From an uncultured Acidobacteriota bacterium (GTDB lineage Bacteria > Acidobacteriota > Blastocatellia > Pyrinomonadales > Pyrinomonadaceae): 64,000 bases of DNA. A program made the translations under genes and the position numbers. The first letter of the stretch is position 1. Each line of letters begins with the position of its first letter. The DNA is taken from NCBI GenBank assembly GCA_963728575.1, contig CAVSKT010000007.1:23357-87356 (forward strand). Direction: 5' to 3'. Shown here one piece after another: positions 41,411-49,922 of this stretch. The notes below the pieces were generated by a model that had not been told where the DNA came from, ran no database searches, and saw nothing but the letters and a program-made list of their open reading frames with translations.

Positions 41411-42145
41411 ATGGCTGAAGCGACGTTCAAAATCTTCCGGGGAGACAAGCTACAGGGCGAGTTCGTCGAGTACAAGGTGCCCATCGCTCCCGGAATGGTG
41501 GTGCTTGACGCGTTGCACTACGTCCAGGGTCATATGGCGCCGGATCTGGCCGTGCGTTGGAACTGCAAGGCCGGTAAGTGCGGTTCATGTTCAGCAGAGG
41601 TTAATGGTCGTCCACGTCTGACGTGCAAGACGCGTCTCGACTCGTTGAATGTCAACGAACCTATCGTCGTGGAGCCGATTAAGAGTTTTCCAGTGATCAA
41701 AGATCTGGTCACGGATGTTTCGTGGAATTACAAAGTCAACAAGAAGATTCCACCGTTCACGCCGCGCGAGAACGTGACGTGGAAGATGGACCAGCGCGAC
41801 GTCGATCGGGTGCAGGAGTTTCGCAAGTGCATCGAGTGTTTTCTGTGTCAGAACGTTTGTCACGTGCTGCGAGATCACGGGCGGCACGAACAGTTTGGTG
41901 GTCCAAGATTCTTCGTTCGTGTTGCCGGGCTCGAGATGCATCCACTCGATGGTTTGTCTCGAACCAAACTATTGAAAGACGAGCTGGGCGTTGGCTATTG
42001 CAACATCACAAAGTGTTGTAGTGAGGTCTGTCCCGAAGATATTCATATCACTGACAACGCGATCATTCCGTTGAAAGAGCGTGTCGTCGACGACTATTAC
42101 GATCCGGTACGATGGTTCTTGAGGAAGTTGCGAGGCAAGGATTGA
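41411..42145 (+). CDS. sdhB: Succinate dehydrogenase/fumarate reductase iron-sulfur subunit
   Basis: 244-aa ORF with three Cys clusters: CKAGKCGSCSAEVNG, CIECFLCQNVC and CNITKCCSEVCP. Confidence 0.9.
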   Translation: MAEATFKIFRGDKLQGEFVEYKVPIAPGMVVLDALHYVQGHMAPDLAVRWNCKAGKCGSCSAEVNGRPRLTCKTRLDSLNVNEPIVVEPIKSFPVIKDLVTDVSWNYKVNKKIPPFTPRENVTWKMDQRDVDRVQEFRKCIECFLCQNVCHVLRDHGRHEQFGGPRFFVRVAGLEMHPLDGLSRTKLLKDELGVGYCNITKCCSEVCPEDIHITDNAIIPLKERVVDDYYDPVRWFLRKLRGKD

Positions 42146-42146
42146 A

Positions 42147-42653
42147 ATGGAATACAAACTGAAACCGATATCCCATGCCGGAATTAACGAGGCGATTTCA
42201 AAAGTCGAGCTCTATCGCTTTCTGAATGAGCCGGGCGAAGCTGAATCAATCTGTCGCGACATACTCGCGCTCGATCCTCAACACCAAACGGCTTTGCGTC
42301 TTCTCGGACTGTCGATTACGGATCAGTTTACTGGGGGAACGTCTGACCGTTACGCCGAGGTCAATCGCATTTTCCATTCGCTGGCGAACGAGTACGAACG
42401 CGCTTACTACAGCGGCATCCTTCAAGAACGAAAAGCCAAAGCACAACTTCGCGCCGGGCGCCCGCCATACACTGTGAGACCGGCATTCGAGGAGGCGCTG
42501 AAATGCTTCGAAGAGGCTGAAAAGATCAGACCTCCCGAAAACGACGACGCGATATTGCGCTGGAACCGGTGCGTGCGCCTGCTGCAAAGCCGCGGCTCGG
42601 AGTGGAACAAAGATTTTGATGAGTTTGACGCCAGTGAAGGCCCGCCCGTTTAG
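42147..42653 (+). CDS. Hypothetical soluble helical (TPR-like) protein co-transcribed with sdhCAB
   Basis: 168-aa ORF starting 1 nt after the sdhB stop. Helical-repeat-like composition. No family recognised. Confidence 0.6.
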   Translation: MEYKLKPISHAGINEAISKVELYRFLNEPGEAESICRDILALDPQHQTALRLLGLSITDQFTGGTSDRYAEVNRIFHSLANEYERAYYSGILQERKAKAQLRAGRPPYTVRPAFEEALKCFEEAEKIRPPENDDAILRWNRCVRLLQSRGSEWNKDFDEFDASEGPPV

Positions 42654-42703
42654 CCACAAGAAGCACAAAAAAGCTTAATTTAGGTTTTGTGCCTTTTTGT
42701 GGC
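42653..42703. terminator. CACAAAAG-type word-repeat hairpin
   Basis: GCCACAAGAAGCACAAAAAAGC ... GTTTTGTGCCTTTTTGTGGC. Imperfect. Starts at the last base of the stop codon. Confidence 0.6.
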
Positions 42704-42721
42704 ATAAATACTGTCGGATTC

Positions 42722-45256
42722 ATGACCCTCCCTCCCGGAACACAACTCGGACGCTACGAGATTCGCACGCTTCTCGGCGCGGGTGGCATGGGTGAAGTCT
42801 ATCTCGCGCAGGACACCAGCCTGAATCGGAAAGTCGCTTTAAAAGTTTTACCGGCCGAGGTCGCCTCGAACGAGGATCGAATGCGACGGTTCAAACAGGA
42901 AGCGACCTCAGCGGCATCACTTAATCACCCAAGCATCGCGCACATTTACGAGATCGGTGAAGCAGAAGGCCACAACTTCATCGCGATGGAGTACATCGAA
43001 GGCACGACGCTGCGCGCGAAGATTCACCACGAACCCGAAGAACTTTCGAAACTGCTGCGCGTCCTGCAACACGTCGCCGAAGGACTCGCAAAAGCACACG
43101 ATACCGGCATCGTTCATCGCGATCTCAAGCCCGACAACATCATGATCACGACTGACGGGCACGCGAAGGTACTCGACTTCGGGTTGGCGAAACTGATTGA
43201 ACCGCAAACGAGCAGCGGCAGCATCAGTAGCGAAGAGCCGACGATTCTTCAGCACTCAACACCCGGATTGATCCTCGGCACCATGGGCTACATGTCGCCC
43301 GAACAGGCGCAGGGAAAGACGAAAGAGATCGATCATCGTTCAGACATTTTTTCGTTTGGCTGCATTTTGTTTGAAGCGATCACAGCGAAAAAAGCCTTTG
43401 CCGGTAAAGATCAGATCGAAACGCTCAACAAGATCATTCGCGAGCCAGTCCCGCCACTAACGGCTTTCAATCCAGAAGCACCGCCAGACCTGCAACGAAT
43501 TGTTCGACGCTGTTTGGCGAAGGATGCTGACGAGCGTTACCAGGACATCAAAGACGTCGCAATTGAGTTAAAAGAAGTGCGGCGCGCAATGCAGGAAGCG
43601 TCAGCCGACACGACTGTTCCCCCGGTTTTATCGGGCAGTCGTGAAGCGCGCACGATGTGGGACTCGGAAACGACGCGTGTACAGTCGCGGCAACCTGTGA
43701 CCGCCGGTCCCGAGAGCTCGCCTTCGACACGCGTTTCGAGCGCCGAGTTCATAATCACTGGACTAAGACGGCATAAGATTGCGACGGCAATCAGCGCAGT
43801 GCTTATCCTGATCATCGCAGGCGCTGTCGTTTTCGGAGTTCGATCTTACTTGCACGCCGCGAGCACCGAGGTCGCAGTTGAATCAATCGCCGTAATTCCG
43901 TTCGTCAATCAGAGCAAGGATCCGAATTCGGAGTGGATCTCGGATGGTTTGACTGAGAGCATCATCAACAACCTCACTCAACTCCCAAACCTGAAAGTCA
44001 TCGCACGCAGTTCGGTGTTTCGTTACAAAGGCCGTGAAGGCGATCCGGTCGCGATCGGGAAAGAGCTCGGTGTGCGTGCGGTGTTGACGGGTCGACTGAT
44101 GCAGCGCGGCGATTCGATGGTGATTAGCGCCGAACTGACAGACATACGCGACAACAAACAACTCTGGGGGGAGCAGTATGAAAAGCAACTCGCCGACATG
44201 CTTTCGGTCCAGCGAGAAATCGCGCGTGAGATCACAAACAACTTGCGACCCACGCTTTCCGGTGTGGAACAGTCGCGCATGGACAAGCAGTACACCGCCA
44301 ACCCCGAAGCATATCAACTCTATTTGAAGGGACGTTTTTACTGGAACAAGCGCACGCCCGCGGATTTTCGCAAGGCAATTCCGTTTTTCGAGCAAGCGAT
44401 TCAGAAGGATCCAAACTATGCCCTGGCGTATTCAGGTCTCGCTGATACTTACGCGCTGCTGTCGGCGTACACGAACGAGCCGCCAAAGGAGTTGATGCCA
44501 AAAGCGAAGGAAGCCGCGCTTAAAGCACTTGCTCTCGACGACAACCTTGCGGAGGCGCACGCGTCGCTGGGCCAGATCGTCGAGTATTACGAATATGATT
44601 TTACGACTGCTAGAAGAGAGTATGACCGCGCACTGGAACTCAATCCTAACTATGCAACAGGTCACCAGTGGCTCGCTGAACATCTGTCAGGATTCAAGCG
44701 CTTTGACCAGGCTATTGCCGAAATTCAACGTGCACTCGAACTCGATCCACTCTCGGCCATCATCAATCGAGTTTACGCCGATATCCTCGTCGACGCGCGG
44801 CGCTTTGATGAGGCGATCGTACAGTATCAAAAGACAATTGAGCTCGATCCCAACTTTTCGACTGCTTACTTCTTTCTTGGGCGTGCTTATGAAGGAAAGG
44901 GAATGTACGACAAGGCAGTTGAGGCCTACTTGAAGGCTGGAGCGATCAACCAGGTGCCGGAACAAACGATGAAAGAGATGGCGGAGGTTTATAAGAAATC
45001 GGGTTGGAAAGCGTATATCCAAGCGAATCTTGATCGCCTGTTGGCGTCGCCGCACAGGGACTCGATTCCTCCGTATTTCTTGGCGACTTTCTATGTCAAA
45101 CTCGGCCAAAATGACGAGGCGATCAAGTTGTTGGAGAGAGCCTACGAAGAACGCGATTTTCGCATGATAATGCTCCCAGTGTCGTACGAGTTTGATAGTC
45201 TACGATCCGATCCGAGATTTCGAGAATTAGTACGACGTGTCGGACTCCCTGAGTAA
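42722..45256 (+). CDS. Membrane-anchored Ser/Thr protein kinase with an extracytoplasmic TolB-N-like and TPR region
   Basis: ATG 42722. Hanks motifs GAGGMGEVYLA, VALKVL, HRDLKPDNIM, DFGLAK and GTMGYMSPEQ. One TM (IATAISAVLILIIAGAVVF). Multiple C-terminal TPRs. Confidence 0.85.
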   Translation: MTLPPGTQLGRYEIRTLLGAGGMGEVYLAQDTSLNRKVALKVLPAEVASNEDRMRRFKQEATSAASLNHPSIAHIYEIGEAEGHNFIAMEYIEGTTLRAKIHHEPEELSKLLRVLQHVAEGLAKAHDTGIVHRDLKPDNIMITTDGHAKVLDFGLAKLIEPQTSSGSISSEEPTILQHSTPGLILGTMGYMSPEQAQGKTKEIDHRSDIFSFGCILFEAITAKKAFAGKDQIETLNKIIREPVPPLTAFNPEAPPDLQRIVRRCLAKDADERYQDIKDVAIELKEVRRAMQEASADTTVPPVLSGSREARTMWDSETTRVQSRQPVTAGPESSPSTRVSSAEFIITGLRRHKIATAISAVLILIIAGAVVFGVRSYLHAASTEVAVESIAVIPFVNQSKDPNSEWISDGLTESIINNLTQLPNLKVIARSSVFRYKGREGDPVAIGKELGVRAVLTGRLMQRGDSMVISAELTDIRDNKQLWGEQYEKQLADMLSVQREIAREITNNLRPTLSGVEQSRMDKQYTANPEAYQLYLKGRFYWNKRTPADFRKAIPFFEQAIQKDPNYALAYSGLADTYALLSAYTNEPPKELMPKAKEAALKALALDDNLAEAHASLGQIVEYYEYDFTTARREYDRALELNPNYATGHQWLAEHLSGFKRFDQAIAEIQRALELDPLSAIINRVYADILVDARRFDEAIVQYQKTIELDPNFSTAYFFLGRAYEGKGMYDKAVEAYLKAGAINQVPEQTMKEMAEVYKKSGWKAYIQANLDRLLASPHRDSIPPYFLATFYVKLGQNDEAIKLLERAYEERDFRMIMLPVSYEFDSLRSDPRFRELVRRVGLPE

Positions 45257-45300
45257 GCCGCGTTGCTCGTCGCAAGTCCGTGGCTTAGAATTCCCCAAAC

Positions 45301-46287
45301 ATGAAACGAATCCTGATCTGCATTTTGATCCTTTGTATCCCCGTGCTGTCGCAAACTGCCGATCAGGACGACGTCGTCCGAGTTGATACTGACATCACGA
45401 ACCTGCCATTCACCGCGATGGACAAAGAGCGTCGCTTTATAACGACCTTAACCGCGGAGGACGTGCGCGTGCTGGAAGACGGCGTGCAGCAACAGCTCTT
45501 CACGTTTCAACGCGAAACTGACAGGCCTTTGGCGATTGCGTTTCTGATCGACGTCAGCCGCTCTCAGGAAGATACCCTGCCTGACGAAAAAGCCGCGGCG
45601 CGACTGTTCATCGAGAAGGTAGTCAACTCGAGGAGAGATGAGGTTGCTGTCGTTCCTTTTACCGGACTGGCGTATCTCGAACAGAGCATGACCGGCGACT
45701 TGATCAGCGTCTACAAAGTGTTGCAGCGCGTCGACGTTGCAGTGCCTGCGTATCTCGGTGCTGGTCGACCGTTAACTGGAATCCCAACTGGTCCAGGTCT
45801 GCTCGCACCTCCTGAAGAAGGCACGACGGCAATTTGGGATGCGGTCGCGTTGACTTCGAATAACGTGTTGTTGAACGCGAAGGGCCAGCGACGGCGCGCC
45901 ATCATCCTGTTGACCGATGGTTGGGATACAGCGAGTAGGTGGATGCAACGGGAGGCAGTAAGCCGGACACTTGCGGCCGAGGCTGTGATCTACGCGATCG
46001 GTATCGGCAACAAGCGAGACGGAGTGAATAAGGATGTGCTTCGCGACCTATCCCGGGCGACGGGCGGACGCGCCTTCTTTCCGGATAAAAAGCTCGACCT
46101 GAATGCAGTGTTTGCAGAGATCGAACGCGAGCTTCGCACGCAGTACTTGTTAGCCTACTCGTCGACAAACAAGAAGCGCGACGGTGCCTATCGAAAGATA
46201 ACGATCGAGATTACAAACCCTGAATTGAAGAAGGGAAAAATCGAAATACGGCACCGCCCGGGTTACTACGCCAAGTCAGGCTCATGA
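45301..46287 (+). CDS. Secreted VWA-domain protein (acidobacterial VWFA-related type)
   Basis: 328-aa ORF with signal peptide MKRILICILILCIPVLSQ and a MIDAS-like FLIDVSRSQ. The architecture recalls the VWFA-related acidobacterial family, from memory only. Confidence 0.75.
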   Translation: MKRILICILILCIPVLSQTADQDDVVRVDTDITNLPFTAMDKERRFITTLTAEDVRVLEDGVQQQLFTFQRETDRPLAIAFLIDVSRSQEDTLPDEKAAARLFIEKVVNSRRDEVAVVPFTGLAYLEQSMTGDLISVYKVLQRVDVAVPAYLGAGRPLTGIPTGPGLLAPPEEGTTAIWDAVALTSNNVLLNAKGQRRRAIILLTDGWDTASRWMQREAVSRTLAAEAVIYAIGIGNKRDGVNKDVLRDLSRATGGRAFFPDKKLDLNAVFAEIERELRTQYLLAYSSTNKKRDGAYRKITIEITNPELKKGKIEIRHRPGYYAKSGS

Positions 46288-46530
46288 TTTTGCTCCTACG
46301 GAGCACAGAAAAATTTTCAGAAAATCCTTGACAGGAGCACGACTCGTAATTTATACAAGGCAGTTCGCGCGAAGACGGGCTAAGATGCGCGAAGAGGAAC
46401 GCCAATGTTAACGAACGCTATACATCGAGAATTCACTCTCAAACGGCAGCCAAGCCGTTATATCAGGTTTTAGTCAGCGGGAGCGGACTCCCGCTCCCGA
46501 AAATTCCAAATAAACTAAGAGAATTGTACG

Positions 46531-46572
46531 GAGCGGGCAGCTTTCCCTGGAAGGCTTTTAGCCCGCTTTTTC
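46531..46572 (+). terminator. Rho-independent terminator-like hairpin 45 nt upstream of the rtcB start
   Basis: GAGCGGGCAGCTTTCC-CT-GGAAGGCT(TTTA)GCCCGCT followed by TTTTT. Confidence 0.6.
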
Positions 46573-46616
46573 GCGCTTTTGCGGCCACATTGTTTTTGGA
46601 AAGGAGGAACGCCCGG

Positions 46617-47795
46617 ATGCCTTATGAAAAGCTACAACTCGGAGGTACTCAGAAAGATATCCTGTCATGGGCCAATCACGAGTTCAGCATCGAAGAGCAA
46701 AATATGCTTCGCAACGTTTCCCGTTTGCCATGCTTGTTCAAGCACGTCGCGCTAATGCCTGACGCGCACCTTGGAAAGGGCAGCATGGTTGGATCTGTTG
46801 TTGCGACAAAGGAAGCAGTGATTCCGGCAACGGTCGGAGTCGACATCGGCTGCGGAATGATGGCGGTCAAGACACCATTCAAGAGCGGCATCCTCGACGG
46901 TCAGTTGAAAGAGCTGAGATCGAAGATCGAGGAAGCAATTCCAACCGGATTCAGTGAGTACAGGGAGTCAGTCGACGAATCGTCTTACTGGGAAGGCTGG
47001 AACGAGTTTAACGATCTCCACGAAGGTGTTCACGATCGCAAAGCAAAAGCGATGAAGCAGTTAGGCACGTTGGGTGGTGGTAATCACTTTATCGAAGTTT
47101 GTCTGGATACAGAAAACTACGTTTGGTTGATGCTTCACTCGGGCTCACGCAACATCGGTAAGGAACTGGCTGATCGTCACATCTCCACCGCGAAAAGCCT
47201 GTGGCGCTTGAACGAACTGCCGGCCCCGGATCTCGCTTACTTCATTTCCGGCACACCGGAATTTCTTGCGTACTGGAAGGATCTGAAGTGGGCGCAAACT
47301 TACGCGATGAAGAATCGTGAAATCATGATGGGGCGACTGTTGAAGGTATTCAACAAGATGTTCAATCATCGCCAGCCGTTCAGGCCTGAGTTGGCAGTTA
47401 ACTGCCACCACAACTACGTTGCGCTCGAGCAGCACTACGGCGAAGAAGTTTTCGTCACACGCAAGGGCGCGATCAACGCGGCGGCAGGAACTTACGGCAT
47501 CATCCCGGGCTCGATGGGTGCAAAGTCGTTCATCGTGAAGGGACGCGGTTTGCCGGAGAGCTTCAACTCTTGTTCGCACGGAGCTGGGCGCAAGCTTTCA
47601 CGGGGGGCAGCGAAGCGCGCGTTCAAGCTCTACGATCTGGAACGCCAGACAGCCGGTGTTGAATGCCGCAAGGACGCAGGCGTGCTTGATGAGATTCCCG
47701 GCGCTTACAAGTCGATCGAAGTAGTGATGAAAAACCAGGAAGATCTGGTTGAAGTTGTTGCTGAGATCAAGCAAGTTGTTTGCGTTAAAGGGTAG
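46617..47795 (+). CDS. rtcB: RtcB-family RNA 3'-phosphate ligase
   Basis: ATG 46617 follows AAGGAGG. Motifs MPDAHLGKGSMVGSV, GGGNHFIE, NCHHNY, IPGSMG and CSHGAGR. Confidence 0.9.
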   Translation: MPYEKLQLGGTQKDILSWANHEFSIEEQNMLRNVSRLPCLFKHVALMPDAHLGKGSMVGSVVATKEAVIPATVGVDIGCGMMAVKTPFKSGILDGQLKELRSKIEEAIPTGFSEYRESVDESSYWEGWNEFNDLHEGVHDRKAKAMKQLGTLGGGNHFIEVCLDTENYVWLMLHSGSRNIGKELADRHISTAKSLWRLNELPAPDLAYFISGTPEFLAYWKDLKWAQTYAMKNREIMMGRLLKVFNKMFNHRQPFRPELAVNCHHNYVALEQHYGEEVFVTRKGAINAAAGTYGIIPGSMGAKSFIVKGRGLPESFNSCSHGAGRKLSRGAAKRAFKLYDLERQTAGVECRKDAGVLDEIPGAYKSIEVVMKNQEDLVEVVAEIKQVVCVKG

Positions 47796-47796
47796 A

Positions 47797-47842
47797 TCAC
47801 AAAAAGGCACAAATGACTTTGGTTCTTTTGTGCCTTTTGTGA
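47797..47842. terminator. CACAAAAG-type word-repeat hairpin after rtcB
   Basis: TCACAAAAAGGCACAAA (47797-47813) pairs with TTTGTGCCTTTTGTGA (47827-47842). Confidence 0.65.
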
Positions 47843-47856
47843 CGACTGCTTAAGTT

Positions 47857-49077
47857 ATGACGATCAAAAACTTCATCCGCGACGCGCTCTACAAACCGAA
47901 CGACTACATCGCGTATCACGTCGGGCGGGAACTGATGGAGCTGCACCCGGAAAAGGCAATTCTGGAAGGGCGAAACTGGTACTTTGACCTCGATGCCTTC
48001 ACGCGCGCCGAGAAATGCTCGGTGACGGGGCAGAAGTCTGTCTTTCAACAGGTACGGTTCGAGTGGGAAGGCACCGGCAGAAAACTGAAAGAGCACTTCC
48101 AGAACGCCTGGCTCAACGTTCTCTGGAAGGGCCAACTTCTCGACGTCGTTCTTCTCACTTACGCGGAAGAAAGCTGCCGCTGGAGGTACCACTGGATCGT
48201 CGCCGAAAACCGAAAGCTTGCCGAAGAGTTCTTCGACGCTGTTTGTGCGTGGGGATATGAAGTCCGCGGCGAGATCCTCGTCTTCAACGAAGGCTACTTT
48301 CAAAAGGACAAACAACTCTTCGAGTCGATCAAGAACAGCACATTCGACAACCTGGTCCTGCCCGCGACATTGAAGGAGCAGATCCAAAACGATTTTCAGC
48401 AATTTCTCGACTCCCGCGAGGTTTACGACCAGTACAAGATCCCATGGAAGCGCGGAGCAATCTTCATTGGTCCACCGGGGAACGGAAAAACTCACACGCT
48501 TAAGGCTTTGATAAACCAACTCGGCACGCCGTGCCTTTACGTTCGCAGCTTTAAGGCAGAAGGTAAAACAGAACAAGAGAACATTGAAGAGGTGTTCGAA
48601 CGCGCACGCATGACGACGCCGAGCATCGTCGTACTCGAAGACCTCGACTCGATGATCGACAACAAGAACCGGTCGTTCTTCCTGAACGAACTCGACGGAT
48701 TCCAGTCAAACACCGGTGTGGTTGTGCTCGCTACGACTAACCACCCGCAGAAACTGGACCCTTCGATTCTCGATCGGCCCAGCCGTTTCGACCGCAAGTA
48801 CTACTTTCAATTGCCCGCGGAGGCGGAACGGCTCGCATACGTTGCGAAGTGGAACGAGGAACTACAACCGGAGCTACGCGTCTCTGAAGCTGGAGCTCTG
48901 CGAGTTGTTAGTGAAACAGAAGGGTTCTCGTTTGCATACATGAAAGAATTGTTTATCGCATCAATGGTCCAATGGATGTCGTCCGGAGGCAACGGATCGA
49001 TGGACGACGTGATAATCGCGCAGACGGAGCTGCTTCGTTCGCAGATGAATTCGAAGAAGAAAAAGAAGAATCAGTGA
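47857..49077 (+). CDS. Classical-clade AAA+ ATPase with an uncharacterised ~190-aa N-terminal domain (BCS1-like layout)
   Basis: 406-aa ORF with Walker A GPPGNGKTH, Walker B VVLEDLD, and second region of homology TTNHPQKLDPSILDRPSRFDRK. Confidence 0.85.
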   Translation: MTIKNFIRDALYKPNDYIAYHVGRELMELHPEKAILEGRNWYFDLDAFTRAEKCSVTGQKSVFQQVRFEWEGTGRKLKEHFQNAWLNVLWKGQLLDVVLLTYAEESCRWRYHWIVAENRKLAEEFFDAVCAWGYEVRGEILVFNEGYFQKDKQLFESIKNSTFDNLVLPATLKEQIQNDFQQFLDSREVYDQYKIPWKRGAIFIGPPGNGKTHTLKALINQLGTPCLYVRSFKAEGKTEQENIEEVFERARMTTPSIVVLEDLDSMIDNKNRSFFLNELDGFQSNTGVVVLATTNHPQKLDPSILDRPSRFDRKYYFQLPAEAERLAYVAKWNEELQPELRVSEAGALRVVSETEGFSFAYMKELFIASMVQWMSSGGNGSMDDVIIAQTELLRSQMNSKKKKKNQ

Positions 49078-49916
49078 CTCATCGCGTAGATGACGACGTT
49101 GATGCCGACTTTGTAAGCGGGCAGGCCGTACTTCACCGGATAAGCGGGATCGTTGATCCATTCCCACGCGTCCCCTAGGTCGGAGTTACGAGCGAAAAAC
49201 GCAACCATGCGGCCATCCTTGTTTTCAATACCCATGTAATAAGGAACTACACCGCCTTTTTCTGAAGTGATGCCGCGCTGGGCGTTGTAGACATTCGGCA
49301 CCTGGACCACTTCTTCAACGTCGAGATACGCATGAAAGATCGGATGGCTCAACGATAGCTCTTTGATCTCATACTCGGGCAGTATCATGCGAAACTGTTC
49401 CTGAACGTTCTGCCATTCATACTCGCCCCAGAAGTCGTCGAGAAAGATGAAGCCGCCGCGCATGATGTACTCGCGCAGGCGCGCGGCTTGTTCTGGTGTG
49501 AGTTCCATGAAGCCTGGTTCGACGATGTAGATGATGGGGTAATCAAACATTCGATCGTCGAGAATCTCGAGTGCTTCGGGACGCGGTGCGATTTTCAGGT
49601 TGGTTCCGGCCCACTCGCGCAAGCCGACGATGAAATTATTGTCGGCTTCGGGGTAGTCGGTGGTCCATGTCCCGCCGCCGTAATAACCGCGCCGGCCATA
49701 CCCGCGCATTGGCGATTGATAAATTGTGCGAACGAAAGTGAACTCACCAAAAGAGGCATCGCTTGGGTTTGGCGCTTCGGATGTGGGCCGTCGACGCTGA
49801 CGGAAGTCGTCAAATGGCCGCTGCGCGACGGTTGGAACCAATAACGCACCGAGCAGTAACAGTGGCAAGATCAGGCTTTTAAAAATCCGTGTCTTCATCC
49901 GTTTAATCCGTGTCAA
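49071..49916 (-). CDS. DUF4159-like secreted protein (last gene of the MoxR/Bat-like operon)
   Basis: 281-aa ORF with a signal peptide. YPIIYIVEPGFMELTPEQAARLREYIMRGGFIFLDDFWG is the DUF4159-type motif, from memory. Confidence 0.7.
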   Translation of the reverse strand: MTRIKRMKTRIFKSLILPLLLLGALLVPTVAQRPFDDFRQRRRPTSEAPNPSDASFGEFTFVRTIYQSPMRGYGRRGYYGGGTWTTDYPEADNNFIVGLREWAGTNLKIAPRPEALEILDDRMFDYPIIYIVEPGFMELTPEQAARLREYIMRGGFIFLDDFWGEYEWQNVQEQFRMILPEYEIKELSLSHPIFHAYLDVEEVVQVPNVYNAQRGITSEKGGVVPYYMGIENKDGRMVAFFARNSDLGDAWEWINDPAYPVKYGLPAYKVGINVVIYAMSH

Positions 49917-49922
49917 AACTGA

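Noticed and set aside
47797-48576. 259-aa minus-strand ORF antisense to the AAA+ ATPase gene
   Set aside because: It lies entirely within the well-supported plus-strand AAA+ CDS, which has Walker A/B and SRH motifs. Its translation is low-complexity with no motifs, and its start sits in the rtcB terminator hairpin.
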